Of a stretch of DNA of 64,000 bases, positions 13,612 to 24,568 are shown piece after piece. Under the pieces are notes generated by a model that did no database searches, was not told the origin of the DNA, and worked only from the letters and a program-made list of their open reading frames with translations. This DNA comes from Zootoca vivipara. Its lineage: Eukaryota. The number at the start of each line of letters is the position of its first letter. Position 1 is the first letter of the stretch. The DNA lies in contig NC_083282.1 in the NCBI RefSeq assembly GCF_963506605.1, forward strand, positions 47,430,001 to 47,494,000, read 5' to 3'. The position numbers were made by a program, and so were the translations under genes.

Positions 13612-13961
13612 CAGGGGTCCACAGACTACGGCCCGCGGACCAGATGCGGCCCAATTGGCCTCCCAATTCGGTCCGCGACGATGCCCGCTGCTGCCGCCCG
13701 CTCTTACGGCACGCAGTGCGGCGGCGCTCTTCCAGGTCGGAAAAAAGCGCCAAAAATCGTTTGTGCGCATGCGTATGGGCCTCTCCCGACCCAGAAGAGG
13801 TCATTTCCGGTGCACTTCCGGGTCGGGGAGGCCCATACGCATGCGCACAAACGATTTCCGGCGCCTTTTTCGACCTGGAAGCGTGCCACTGTGCCAGTAA
13901 GTGTGTGTGCACATGCGCACGGGCGCGCACTCCGAAAGCCGGGTAAGTCTGGGGACCCCTG
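13612..13961. mobile_element. hAT (Charlie-like) MITE, 350 bp
   Basis: TIRs caggggtccacagact / agtctggggacccctg; 8-bp TSD tcatacat/tcatagat; CpG-rich with an internal inverted repeat. Confidence 0.85.
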
Positions 13962-14516
13962 TCATAGATTATAATTGCAATATATACATTATAAGTACAG
14001 TATATACAGTACATAGATTATAAGTGCAGTCCTTTCTTTTTAAACAAATTAATACAGCAATATTGCACAAAACATCTTTCTTACTCATGTGCAAGCTTAA
14101 GCCAGGCAAATACCACGATGGTACAGGTATTAATTAAAAAACCCAAAACAAATAGAAATAGGCATTACTCCAGTCTCCCCCCTAAAGCACAAGCCTCCAT
14201 TCTACCCATTGTGAAACATGGTAACAAAGTTTGGTATAACTTTCTCTTGCACTCTTCATACTTCCCGGGAATCATTTAAGGGTGTGTGTCTAAAGGTACA
14301 GAAACACCTTTACGTGTGCCTAAAGCAGAAGAAGGCAATGGAGGGCAGGGGAAACCCCTGGACACATTCCATCAGCCTTCACCCACTCATGTGGATGGCA
14401 AGTGGTAGAATAGCAACCCACATCCATGACTGAAAGATGGAAATGGATGGAAGCCAACATGTCAAATGTTCACATAAAAGAAATGGATCTGAATGATACA
14501 TTTACAATACAATATA

Positions 14517-14810
14517 CAGTGGTGCCTCAACTTACGAATTTAATCCATTCCGAAGGCACCTTCGTAGGTTGAAAAATTCGTAAGTCGAAAAGTGCCATTG
14601 GAAACGCAATTTCTCAAAGGAATGCATTGGAAATAGAAAAATTCTAAGTCGAAGCAATGCCATCTAAAAATTCATAAGTCGAAAAAACCCTATTTAAACT
14701 GCCACGGTTTCCGTTCGGATGTCGAGAAATTCGTAAGCGTGCGGCCATTTGCCCCATTCGTAATTCGAAAAATTCGGTTGTCGAGTCGTTCGTAAGTCAA
14801 GGCACCACTG
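14517..14810. mobile_element. Tc1/mariner (Tigger-like) MITE
   Basis: TA|cagtggtgcctcaacttacgaa ... ttcgtaagtcaaggcaccactg|TA. Confidence 0.85.
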
Positions 14811-14817
14811 TAATATT

Positions 14818-14877
14818 CAGGGAGTTGGACTAGATGACCCTTGGGGTTTCTTCCAACTATGCAATTCTATGATTCTA
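14818..14877 (+). mobile_element. CR1 LINE 3' tail
   Basis: gttggactagatgacc...ttccaac...attctatgattct, the CR1 terminal octamer repeat. Confidence 0.7.
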
Positions 14878-15559
14878 GAAGAACCCTAATAGGCCCAAAC
14901 TATATCACAGCTGCACTCTTTTATAGAGTGTTGGATACCGTCCAAGGCAGATCAAGCAGTCCAGTGTGGTTATAGATCCCTCCAGTGGTAGAAACTAGAA
15001 ATGTTGAGTGTACTATAGTGTTTACATTTCTGGTCTTGTGTGTGCATATTAACATTTATGCTACAGATTTCGCCATAGTTACTTCTCTCCAGGGAACCCT
15101 GGAAACTGATTCTATGAGACAACAAGGTTAGAGAAATCAGCTTTCTATGCACCACCCCTCACTAGTTTATAACACTAGTAAACAGGTATTATATTATATG
15201 TGTATTGGCATTTATTTATTTATTTTAAAAAACTTTTCCCCCACTTGAATGTTGGGGTGTGGGTGCTTCCAGACAACCTGTTTATTGAGCATAAGGGCTG
15301 ATTTGTTTCCAGGCAGATTAAACAACACTGGTTATTTAATGAGCATGCATGCTGCTTTGCTTGAGGGGAGGTTAGAAGACATGCTGTAAAAGCAAGAGTT
15401 ATCCAGTGGGCTTCCTTTTGTCACTTTATCACAAAAAGTCTGATTTTTTGGATAAGCAGATTTGTTGTACAAGATCAACTTTAGTTGTGCAACCTGATAA
15501 GTGATTGAATTCCACCTGAATAAAGCAATAAGTGAGCATGTTCCTATTCAACCAAATGT

Positions 15560-15770
15560 TTGGAAGATGAGGGGAATTTCCTGAATGCCCCAAACCCGGA
15601 AGTGAGTGTTCCAGCTTGTGAACTATTTTTGGAAGCCGAACATCCGAAAGGGCTTCCACAGCTTCCAATTGGCTGCAGGAGCTTCCCTCAGCCAATCAGA
15701 AGCAGCACTTTGGTTTCTGAACGTTTTGGAAGTCTGGAACAGATTCCGTTTGACTTCCAAGGTACGACTG
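15560..15770. mobile_element. Partial Tigger-like MITE
   Basis: Right end ttccaaggtacgactg|TA with internal ttggaag(c/t)c repeats; left TIR not found. Confidence 0.5.
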
Positions 15771-16609
15771 TACTTAGAAACAACCCTCCATTTTGTACTG
15801 GAGGTTCTTTTCTGGGAACTATAGAACAGGCTGCTTCTGTCACTGGCCTGGCAAAATACTAAAGAAAACAACAACATGGAAAGCAGTTATACAATAAGGG
15901 ACATCAGGGTAGTTTTAGCAGCACCAGAGAGCAGTCACAGTAAATTATACTATTGTTAATTAAGGGAAACTGTTTCCTCTCATACAGCTGGAGAAGCCAC
16001 CACATCCCTAGACCAGGGGATCCAGCCACAAAGTAATTCCCCACCCATTCCTAATGACACTCTGGTGTCAGCTATTTTGTGAGTGCTCTGTGAACCCTTA
16101 CAGAGAACACTTCACCCTTGGGGACCCCAGAGGGCAGAGCAAAAGGTGTGAGAGAAATTAAGGGAATGTGCTTCTTGCAACCAGCCTTTTTTTCAAATCC
16201 CCACAGCATATAAGACAGGGTGGAGTGTGTTTTATGCTTCCCTTCTTCCACAAAAGTTGGCTCTCCTTTGCATACTGTTTCCTGTTCTCTGCCAGACGGC
16301 AGCAGCTTTCTCTACACTAAAGCAGAAAGCAGAAGCGGGCTATGGGGTGGGGAGAGGAGAGGTTCAACAAAAAAGCAAAATGCTTGTTGGATGTACACAA
16401 AGAAAAAGCACAACACCCTCAGGGTGGAATTCTGCTTGCAGATCATCGTGAAATAGCACCATTTGTTTGTAGTGTTAACCCTGCCTGAAAACCCCCATGG
16501 TGTTCAATGGACAGGGCACTTATTTGATATTATTTTATTGTAAGCAAGAACACCCTAACAGACCCTCACAAGATGTGCAATCTGAATCACACAAGTACAA
16601 CACAAAAGA

Positions 16610-16765
16610 CATAGGAAGCTTCCAAATACAGAGTCCAGAATATTGATCCATCTGTCTCAGTATTGCCTATACTGATTGGCAGCAGCTTTCCAGGGTTTCA
16701 GGCAATGCGTCTTTGCTGAGGCATTCTGCATGCAAAACATACAATCCACCACTGAGCTATAGCCC
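16610..16765 (-). mobile_element. Degenerate tRNA-derived squamate SINE (Squam3-like); related copy near 28180-28360 (+)
   Basis: Minus strand starts ggctatagctcagtgg (A-box-like), continues ctgaaaccctggaaagctgctgccaatcagt and ends gcttcctatgt. Confidence 0.5.
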
Positions 16766-19267
16766 TTCCAGGAATACTGGCCTCTTCCACGCAGAAATAC
16801 CTTTTGTATATCCTTCAGGATTAATGTGTCATTCAGAATTAATGCAGACATCCATGTAAACAGTTGCACAAGTTTGCACATGACCTTTATGACTTGGTTT
16901 CTTGATCTGTGGGCAAACAGTGCCTACTGGGCACCTCCCTTCCTCCAGAGCCTTATTTTGGATCCTACCATGTCCCAAAGACAAGAGATGCCGATTCCAG
17001 TTAATATGTAACTGGCTTCCTTTACCTTTCACCTTTTCCACATTCACCCTCCATTTTCTTCGGCACCTGCCACTCCCACAGTACAGAGACTCAGGAAGAG
17101 AGAGCGCACACACGCAAACTGGCACGGTTCCTGAGGTAAATTATTTTTCTGCCTGCAGGGAAAATTTGGGGAAGAGTGAGAACCAGGCAAAGGTAATAAA
17201 CATTTTAAATTGCAGCAACCCTCCCTCATGGCATGACTCCCTGTGGTGTTTTTTTTTAGGGGGGGGGGGTTTCGCCTGACTCCGGCAGTGCCAAGTTGTC
17301 TGTGTGGAGGTAGGGGTGAAGTTGCCTTGGGCGTGGTTCAGAATTCAGAAGCCAGTCTTCCTCCTTTTTTAGCACAAGTTAAGCAATAATATGCTTCTGA
17401 GATTTTGTATGCCTTGGATACAACAGTGTGAACAAATGCTGTTTTCACTGTGTGTAAATGCAGCCTGCAGAATGAGTGCAGAATCTATCGTGTAGTAGTC
17501 CTGAAAGTTTGGCTGTCTTACAAAGGGCACCTATTAGAACCACCACATCTGCTGTATCTGTCTAGGCTCTTCTCTTCATTCATGATGTTCGCTTTGCTAG
17601 TCTTTGAACTCAGATGCTTGCCATCTGTCCTGTTTCTGTACGCTACTTGACACGCTCTGGCACTTAGCCATTCCCCTTTCCAATCTCAACGTGATCTTTC
17701 AATGTTCTACTATTCTTTTTAAGGGCCAAGGGTGCCTCCAGGCTGTTACTATTTTGCAGGAGGTATTGAAGTGCATACTCAGACTTTAGGGGCTTCTTCA
17801 CATTTGAGCATTATTTAACTGTTTGCTTCCAGCCCTGCCCAATTGGAATTAGATTGGAGTAGTTCACACCTGCACATATTTGAATTTGTGTATCAGGAGT
17901 AATTTCAGCCTTTCCCTTTCATACCCTTTTTTTGTGTGTCCCTGCCTTCTAATTTGTCGATTCCATTATATGCTGATTAAGTATTGACAGGGCATGCACA
18001 CAGATAACTTTCTGTGCAATTTGTGGTTTTGAAAAATTTACCTGCCCAAATCAGTCAGGCAACTGAGGTGTTCCTGAGCTGTGGGTATGCTCCTGAGGCG
18101 CTCTTATACTAGCTTGCTGGAAAAGAAATGAAAGCAATTGTAAATTCTCAGCACACTTTTCAGATTGCTGCCAAATACTTATGGTGTATAATTTTTAAAT
18201 GTAGTCTGTTTGTGCAGTTTTGTGGTTTGTGCAAATCTGGGGGACCAAAAGGGGGGGGGAATAATCCGTTCAGGAGTGCACTGGAAACAGTTATGAGGAC
18301 AGCTGGAAAAGAAATGTACATACTGAGGAAGTGGTAGGCATGGACAGGCGAGCAACAGAAAGTGACAACTGACTCACTCACCCCCAAACACGGAAAAATA
18401 CTTTATGCGACCCCAAGTGAATTCTCCCTATATTGAGTAAACCTGGATTTACTGGCGGGGGTGGTGGGGAATGCATCAAGTTGTGTGTTGTAAGGTCATA
18501 CCCTGTATGTAGTACACAAATTAAATGGGAATGCAAACGGCTGCAAACACACAGTAAGCTCCAGCATGCACAAGCTGTTTGTGCAATTAAAGTGGATTAA
18601 AGTGCTCTGTTGCCCTTGTGCAACAAATCCACTTTAAAAAACAACAGACCTCTTGAAATCTGAAAAGTGATAAGGACATGATTGGAAAAGAGTGGGATAA
18701 ACAAATGATCAACAAAAGATGTGTGAACATCTCACAAACAAATCAAGACGAATGCTCATTGTCATATAACCACTCAATAACAAGTCAGTATGAATGCTCA
18801 ACAAAGACCAGACTACCGTGTAAGCTTTGAATGTTGAATAAACACTTTATCTGGAGGAACTCAAAGCTCATGGTTTTTAGATCTTTTATTCATTTTGTAC
18901 TTCTTCCTTCAGTTTTCCTCTCCAACCTGATGTCTTGGCTTTAACTATGATTCTAATCCGCTAGAATGGAATCCTGATACCAAATTAGTTTCTGAAGGCC
19001 AGATACTGTACTGCAAAGTCCACCCATACAGTTCATGTGTGTGTGTTTGCCCACGTTAACTGTAATACAAAGGAATCTGCATTCACAGCCACGGAGTTGA
19101 AAGGCACCAGCATTTCTTAAGGATAGGGAAGCACCCTGAAAATTATTGTGCCATACCCATCCTACCCACATCACCCGCTTCTTACCATGGAGCAGGTCTC
19201 CAGGATTCTTGTGTCACCAACTGTGCCATGGCATTCCTCCCTTTCTTTTACAGTATCCTGAAGCAAA

Positions 19268-19354
19268 ATGAAAGATGCCTGGTACTTCTGGGTCTCCAGC
19301 ATGCTCTGGGTATGGTCTGTGGCATCAGGACATCCCTGCAATATTGACAAGCAG
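19268..19354 (+). CDS. C1orf210: C1orf210 coding exon 1 (signal peptide MKDAWYFWVSSMLWVWSVASG, start of LRRNT)
   Basis: Acceptor ttcttttacag ending 19253, aaaATGa at 19268, donor CAG|GTAAGC; 29 codons. Confidence 0.75.
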
Positions 19355-22300
19355 GTAAGCAAGATATACAGTACATCTGTATATAGTGAAGAATACTGTA
19401 ATCTGAAAATTCTGCATCCTGGAAGATCTTGACCAGTTTATCTGATTAAAGGTTGGCTGTATGGGATAATCTCCAGATTTTTTCAGTTCCACTTCCTACT
19501 TTTTTTTTAAAAAAAGTTATGCATTCTAATTATGTTCACAATAAAAAAACAATTAAAACATAACTATTGTACAGAGGCTAACTCTTCTAATGGTTGTTAT
19601 TTATATATGATAATGAACACTGTCATTAACTGTGTCTGATCCTGATCCAAGGCTCAAAAGTCAGTGAAAGGGAACTTACTTCCAAGTATGTTTGCACAGG
19701 ATTGCAATTGTAGTGAAATAACTACTCCAGACATAGCCTGGATTTAACTAAACTGGATCAATATGTGATTTAGCTATTCATCTTTTTCAACACTAATCCC
19801 CATACTGATCCCTGCTACTCTAAAGGGTAGATTGGGGAGATTAACAGGGTCAACATGAGTGCAGCCCAAGTGAAGGGTTGGTATGCATAATCTCTGCGTA
19901 ATTGATTTTGCCAGTACTCATTTATGCATTTCCAGTATGTCACTAACCTATGTGCAGGAAATGTCAGCTTGCTTCAGCTTTAGAGCACTCTAGTTCAAAT
20001 TTAACACTTTTTTAAAACTTACATGAGATGTTGCAACTTGAAAAACATGGTTATTTGCTAACAGTAGCATGCAAAAGCAGCCTTAAATTTGAGCATCTAT
20101 ATACTTGGCAGTAAGTCCCAACCACTTTTCAGGTGAAGGCAAGCTGCAGAAGCTTTTCTGTCACCCAGTAGCTTAATGATTCTGTTAGGGAAAGATCTCA
20201 ATCCAAACTAATTTGAATTATGATGCTTTAATGTTTTGAGGTTTCATGCCAGTAGTATGATTTTTCACAGGGATGGGCAGCCTGCAGTGGAAAGAGCCTT
20301 CTCCATGCTCCAAAATCTCTTCCCAGACATATCACCAACCTGGACCTGTCTTTTAACTCATTGATAATGCCCAGACATGGAACATTTCTGAGAAGCTTCC
20401 CTTCTCTGCATTCCCTAAACCTCTCCAGCAATACCATTCCTACTCTCTATCCTGGCCTCTTTTGTAACCTGGGTGCTCTCCACCTCTTGGATTTAAGCAG
20501 TTGCAGCATTTCCAACATGCACTCAAACAGCTTCCTGGGCTTGAAAAACCTCCACATACTGCTCCTGAAAAACAATAAGCTTCAGTATCTGGAACCCTCT
20601 GTGTTTCCTGTCCCTGGAAACCTTGTCCATCTGGACCTACAGGACAATGAGCTGTTATATTCAGATGAACTTGCTCGGTTACTTGTGGAAAGAATCCACC
20701 ACGTTGAGCTTCAGGGGAATCCCTGGGTGTACAGTGCCTCCATCACTCCTTCCCGACAGGGACTACAACAAACAGAAGGTGAATCAAGCAATGGGAAGTG
20801 GGTTGTTGAGTGGACAGTACTCAGATCATGGAGCTCCCATTACTCAATGTTCAAAACAAAACAGCAGTAGGTTGCATCCAACTAAGTTCTACTCAAGAGT
20901 AAAATGGGTCTACTTTTAATAGGACTAATGTTGTAAACAACCCAGTGTGTGTGTGTGTGTATGTGGTTCTCTGGGTATGATAGCAGTTTATAAAAGGGCT
21001 AGTTAAAAAAAAGCAAAAACGGAAACCGGCAGAGCAGTGGCCTGTCCTCTTCAACCAGGCTGTGCGTTTGCCCATATGGAATTCTATACTGTATGCCCCT
21101 GCTAGAGGCATACAATGGGAAAACATGCACACAGTCTCTGATAATTGGTTTCTAAATAATAAGATTTAAAACTGCTGTAAAAAAGAGGATACAAAATAGA
21201 ACCGATGGAGGGCAGGTTTTCAGTGTGTCACTGATTACACCCAATAAGATGTGTTCATGACAAGCTCTCTACACAACTGCAGTATTTCTGCTTATATTGG
21301 GGAAATAGAGGCTTGATTTCCGAGGAAATGTGACTGTTTTCAACAGACTGAGGAATAATCCCAGGAAACCAAGTCGATTTAGGCAGTTTTGCCTCTCATA
21401 AAACCTTCTAATATGTGTATTATCCCAATAGAATGGACCTAGGATGGAAAATAAACTGTAATCTCTCAGTGTGAATGGACACTAACAGCTTTTGTGTCCT
21501 CTAGCTGAGCTGATCCATGATTCACACCTAGAGCTCCAGACTAAAGAGATTACCGGTAGTACTCTGGACTATCAGGACCACGGACACAGAAGAAAAGTGA
21601 GGGTCCCTCGGGATGAAAATTCAGCTAACCTGACATCTAAAAATTACAGTAAGTGAAGCAAAACCACTTCCAGTGTGTCACCATTTTCAGGTGGGATTGA
21701 ATAACATACCAGCAGATTCAGGTTTTAATTGATGTAACCCACCCTGGGATCTTAGGGTGAAGGGTAAAGGTAAAGGGACCCCTGACCATTAGGTCCAGTC
21801 GTGACCGACTCTGGGGTTGCATGCTCATCTTGCATTATTGGCCGAGGGAGCCGGCGTATAGCTTCCAGGTCATGTGGCCAGCATGACAAAGCCACTTCTG
21901 GCAAACCAGAGCAGCACATGGAAACGCCGTTTACCTTCCCGCTGTAGCGGTTCCTATTTATTTACTTGCATTTTGACATGCTTTCGAACTGCTAGGTTGG
22001 CAGGAGCTGGGACCAAGCAATGGGAGCTCACCCCGTCACAGGGAATCGAACCGACGACCTACTGATCAGCAAGCCCTAGGCTCAGTGGTTTAACCCACAG
22101 CACCACCTGGGTCCCTTAGGGTAAAGGTTAGGCAATAACTAAACAAATAAATGTAGATTGGGAGGTCTTGAACAACAAAGTGCTTCCCCCCCAATACTGG
22201 ACTTTTTGTGGTTAGGAAAGTGATGAGAAAATGCAAAGGAAAGCATGGCATAACACTTGCTTGACCTAATGGCATATAACCTCCTTGCAAACAAAACTGT

Positions 22301-24568
22301 ATGAGTGTTCAAGAAATAGCCAATGTCATCTAACCTCTCAGAAACCTTGGGGCAAACAAATCACGACAAACACTCAATAAACCGGGGGTCCTTCTGATGA
22401 GCTATAACACCCATTTTATAATTTTTGCATTTGACATTTTTTCTCCACCGAATCCAAGAACCATCACTCACTGGTGTCCCCCTATGAGAGCTTTCTGTGA
22501 GAATGAATTAGAGTTGCAGTCACCAGTGGAAACAGCATGTGTTAGGGATGCCAATTCCTGCTCGTTTTTTGCTGATCCAAGCATACTGAGATGATTTGGC
22601 AGGGTCGACAGAGGTATCCCATTCTGATTAAAATCATGAAGGGTAACTCTAAACCATGGTGATGAGAAATGTTTTTAATGACATGCTTCTTTCTGTGTTT
22701 CCTGCAAGGGCGTACCCACCGCGGGGCAGGGAGGGGCCGCTGCCCTACTCTAGAGGCAGGGCCGGTCGGGCAGCTGCGGGCAAGAGTGGCGCTGCCGGCG
22801 GGGCTGGTGGGCAGAGGCGGAGGACAGCCCAGCGGAGCGCGAGTTCGGCGCCCGCAGCAGTCTCTTGCGCCCGAGCCGTGCGGAGTCCACACAGCCGCGC
22901 TGTGTGGGAGGGGGCAAGGGCTGACGCTCCCGACGTTCGGGAGACCTTTGCGCATGCGCAAAGCGGGGCGCATGCGCACAGCGCGGCTGTGGACTCCGGC
23001 GGCCGCCGTGCAGGGCGCATGCGCACAGCGCGGCTGTGCTCAAAGGTCTCCCGAACGTTGGGAGTCGTTCAGCGCCTGCCAGACCGCTGCAGCAACGGAG
23101 CCTCGGATAGCTTCGCGGAGGCCGGGGCTTTGCTCCAGACCTCCGCGGAGGCCCCGATCCAAGCCTGGTTCCCTTCTCTCCCCCCCCCGCCCACCCCCAG
23201 ACTTCCCTCTTCTCCTCTAGGCGGCCGCTGGTTTTCTCCCCTTCGCCGCCGTCGCTTCAGGTTTATTTTGATTTCACCTGGGCTCTGTAGCCCCGCCCAC
23301 ATTCCCACTTTGTGTCCCCTCCCCTCCCGTGCCTTGGCCCCGCCCCTTGCCCCCCCTAGTTTTGATCCTGGGTACGCCCCTGGTTTCCTGTTTACCAGCA
23401 TTGTTGCTCACAACAGTGCTATATGAAAGTGAGGAAATCCTTCCTGATGGTGGTGGTGCTTGCAACAGTCATTTACAAATGAGATAATTAGCTGATTCTA
23501 GCTACCAGCTTCCACACAGTTATTAGCTTCTTACAATGATGATCCCAAGGCAGGCAAAAAACCTCAAATCACCCCAACCCTAAAAGAGCCAAATCTCTAT
23601 GAATGCCTTGATCCACAAATGAACAAGGTAGAATTTTAGGCTTTGTTTTCCTCTAGATTAGTTAGCTGGGGCTGGATCTGCAGATTGCCTTCAGCAAACT
23701 TTCTTCGAGTCACATTGTGCTGCGTTTTATGCCACTGTTGTATTAAGCCAATATTAGATAACCTTGTAGAAGGGAAGGATCAGGCACGGCAGGGCAGTGA
23801 CAGGCTCCACTGTAGTCCCTGACTCAGTGAATGAAATGCTTGCTATACTACTATGTCGACATCATTAACTTCCAATTTCAGATTGATATGCTTAGCCCAG
23901 GAATGGGTGCCATTTGCCAGGGAGAGTAGCTCCTATCTCCAATGACCTGCCGCTGTACTATTTTCCTCAAAGAAAGGACATAGGACTATGGTTTTCCCCT
24001 GTTCACACCTATTAAGAAAAAATACAGGTGTACCATGCAATTCAATGCATGTTTACTCACTTCAGTGGGATTTATTCCCAAGTAAGTTTTTACATAGGTT
24101 TTTAGTCAAATATATTTCCTGAATGAGAACATTGGTAGTGAGTATTTGAATTATGCACTAGCTTTCCTTTCCTTTGCAGCCTCTACTACCACACTTCCCC
24201 CTGGAAAAGTTGCTCATAGCTGGCCATACTTTGCTGCATTTGTGCTTTCGGCTATCGCCATCTCCATTGTGATTGCGTTGGTTGCTAAATGCAAATTGTT
24301 CCAGAGGAACCGTGCCAGCTACAACCATCAACGGCTGCCTGATTCCCGCTCCATTGGAAGCAGCCATGCTGAGGAAGCTGACATGGATGTGGCCTATGAG
24401 AGGAACCAAGGCATCCCTAGAGTAGCTGGGTGTCCTGCAGAAGATGATGATGGTTTCATTGAAGATAACTACATTGAACCCAATCAAGGCTTGCAGGAAG
24501 AGGAGGAGGAGGAGGAGGTGGTGGCAGAGGAGAAAGAAAATGAATTGGAACCCCATTTCAAACTTTGA
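19268..24568 (+). CDS. C1orf210: C1orf210/TEMP orthologue with LRR ectodomain (LRRC19-like type I membrane protein), 375 aa; join(19268..19354,20271..20778,21505..21648,24180..24568)
   Basis: All junctions GT-AG and phase-compatible (0,1,1); 1128 nt open frame. Last exon has SWPYF-TM-AKC...ASYxH...EDDDGFIEDNYI...HFKL, which matches TEMP/LRRC19 tail motifs. Position between TIE1 and TMEM125 matches human C1orf210. Confidence 0.85.
20271..20778 (+). CDS. C1orf210: C1orf210 coding exon 2 (five LRRs plus GNPW cap start)
   Basis: ITNLDLSFNSL, LHSLNLSSNTI, LHLLDLSSCSI, LHILLLKNNKL, LVHLDLQDNEL, IHHVELQGNPW; acceptor tttttcacag, donor AAG|GTGAAT. Confidence 0.85.
21505..21648 (+). CDS. C1orf210: C1orf210 coding exon 3 (stalk with RRKVRVPR)
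   Basis: 144-nt open phase 1-1 exon; acceptor gtcctctag, donor ACA|GTAAGT. Confidence 0.7.
21764..22114 (-). mobile_element. Sauria SINE, near full length
   Basis: (GGTAAA)n tail followed by gggacccctgaccattaggtccagtc...ttaacccacagcaccacctgggtcc; TSD cttagggtgaagg (21751-21763) / cttagggtaaagg (22115-22127). Confidence 0.9.
22705..23382. mobile_element. Young GC-rich hAT-type non-autonomous DNA transposon, 678 bp
   Basis: TIRs caagggcgtaccca / tgggtacgcccctg; perfect 8-bp TSD gtttcctg at 22697-22704 and 23383-23390. Confidence 0.88.
24180..24568 (+). CDS. C1orf210: C1orf210 coding exon 4 (TM helix and acidic cytoplasmic tail)
   Basis: Acceptor ttcctttgcag; WPYFAAFVLSAIAISIVIALVAKC; EDDDGFIEDNYI; stop TGA. 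Confidence 0.92.

Noticed and set aside
13558-14014. Six overlapping ORFs on both strands
   Set aside because: Artefact of a palindromic GC-rich MITE.
17000-17140. HNF1-like site (gttaatatgtaac) and donor GAG|GTAAAT as C1orf210 first exon
   Set aside because: Plausible, but two mismatches to consensus and no independent support; not called as a feature.
22656-23426. 256-aa and 183-aa GC-rich ORFs
   Set aside because: Almost entirely inside a TIR/TSD-bounded MITE; low-complexity Ala/Arg/Pro products of stop-poor GC DNA; no transposase motifs.
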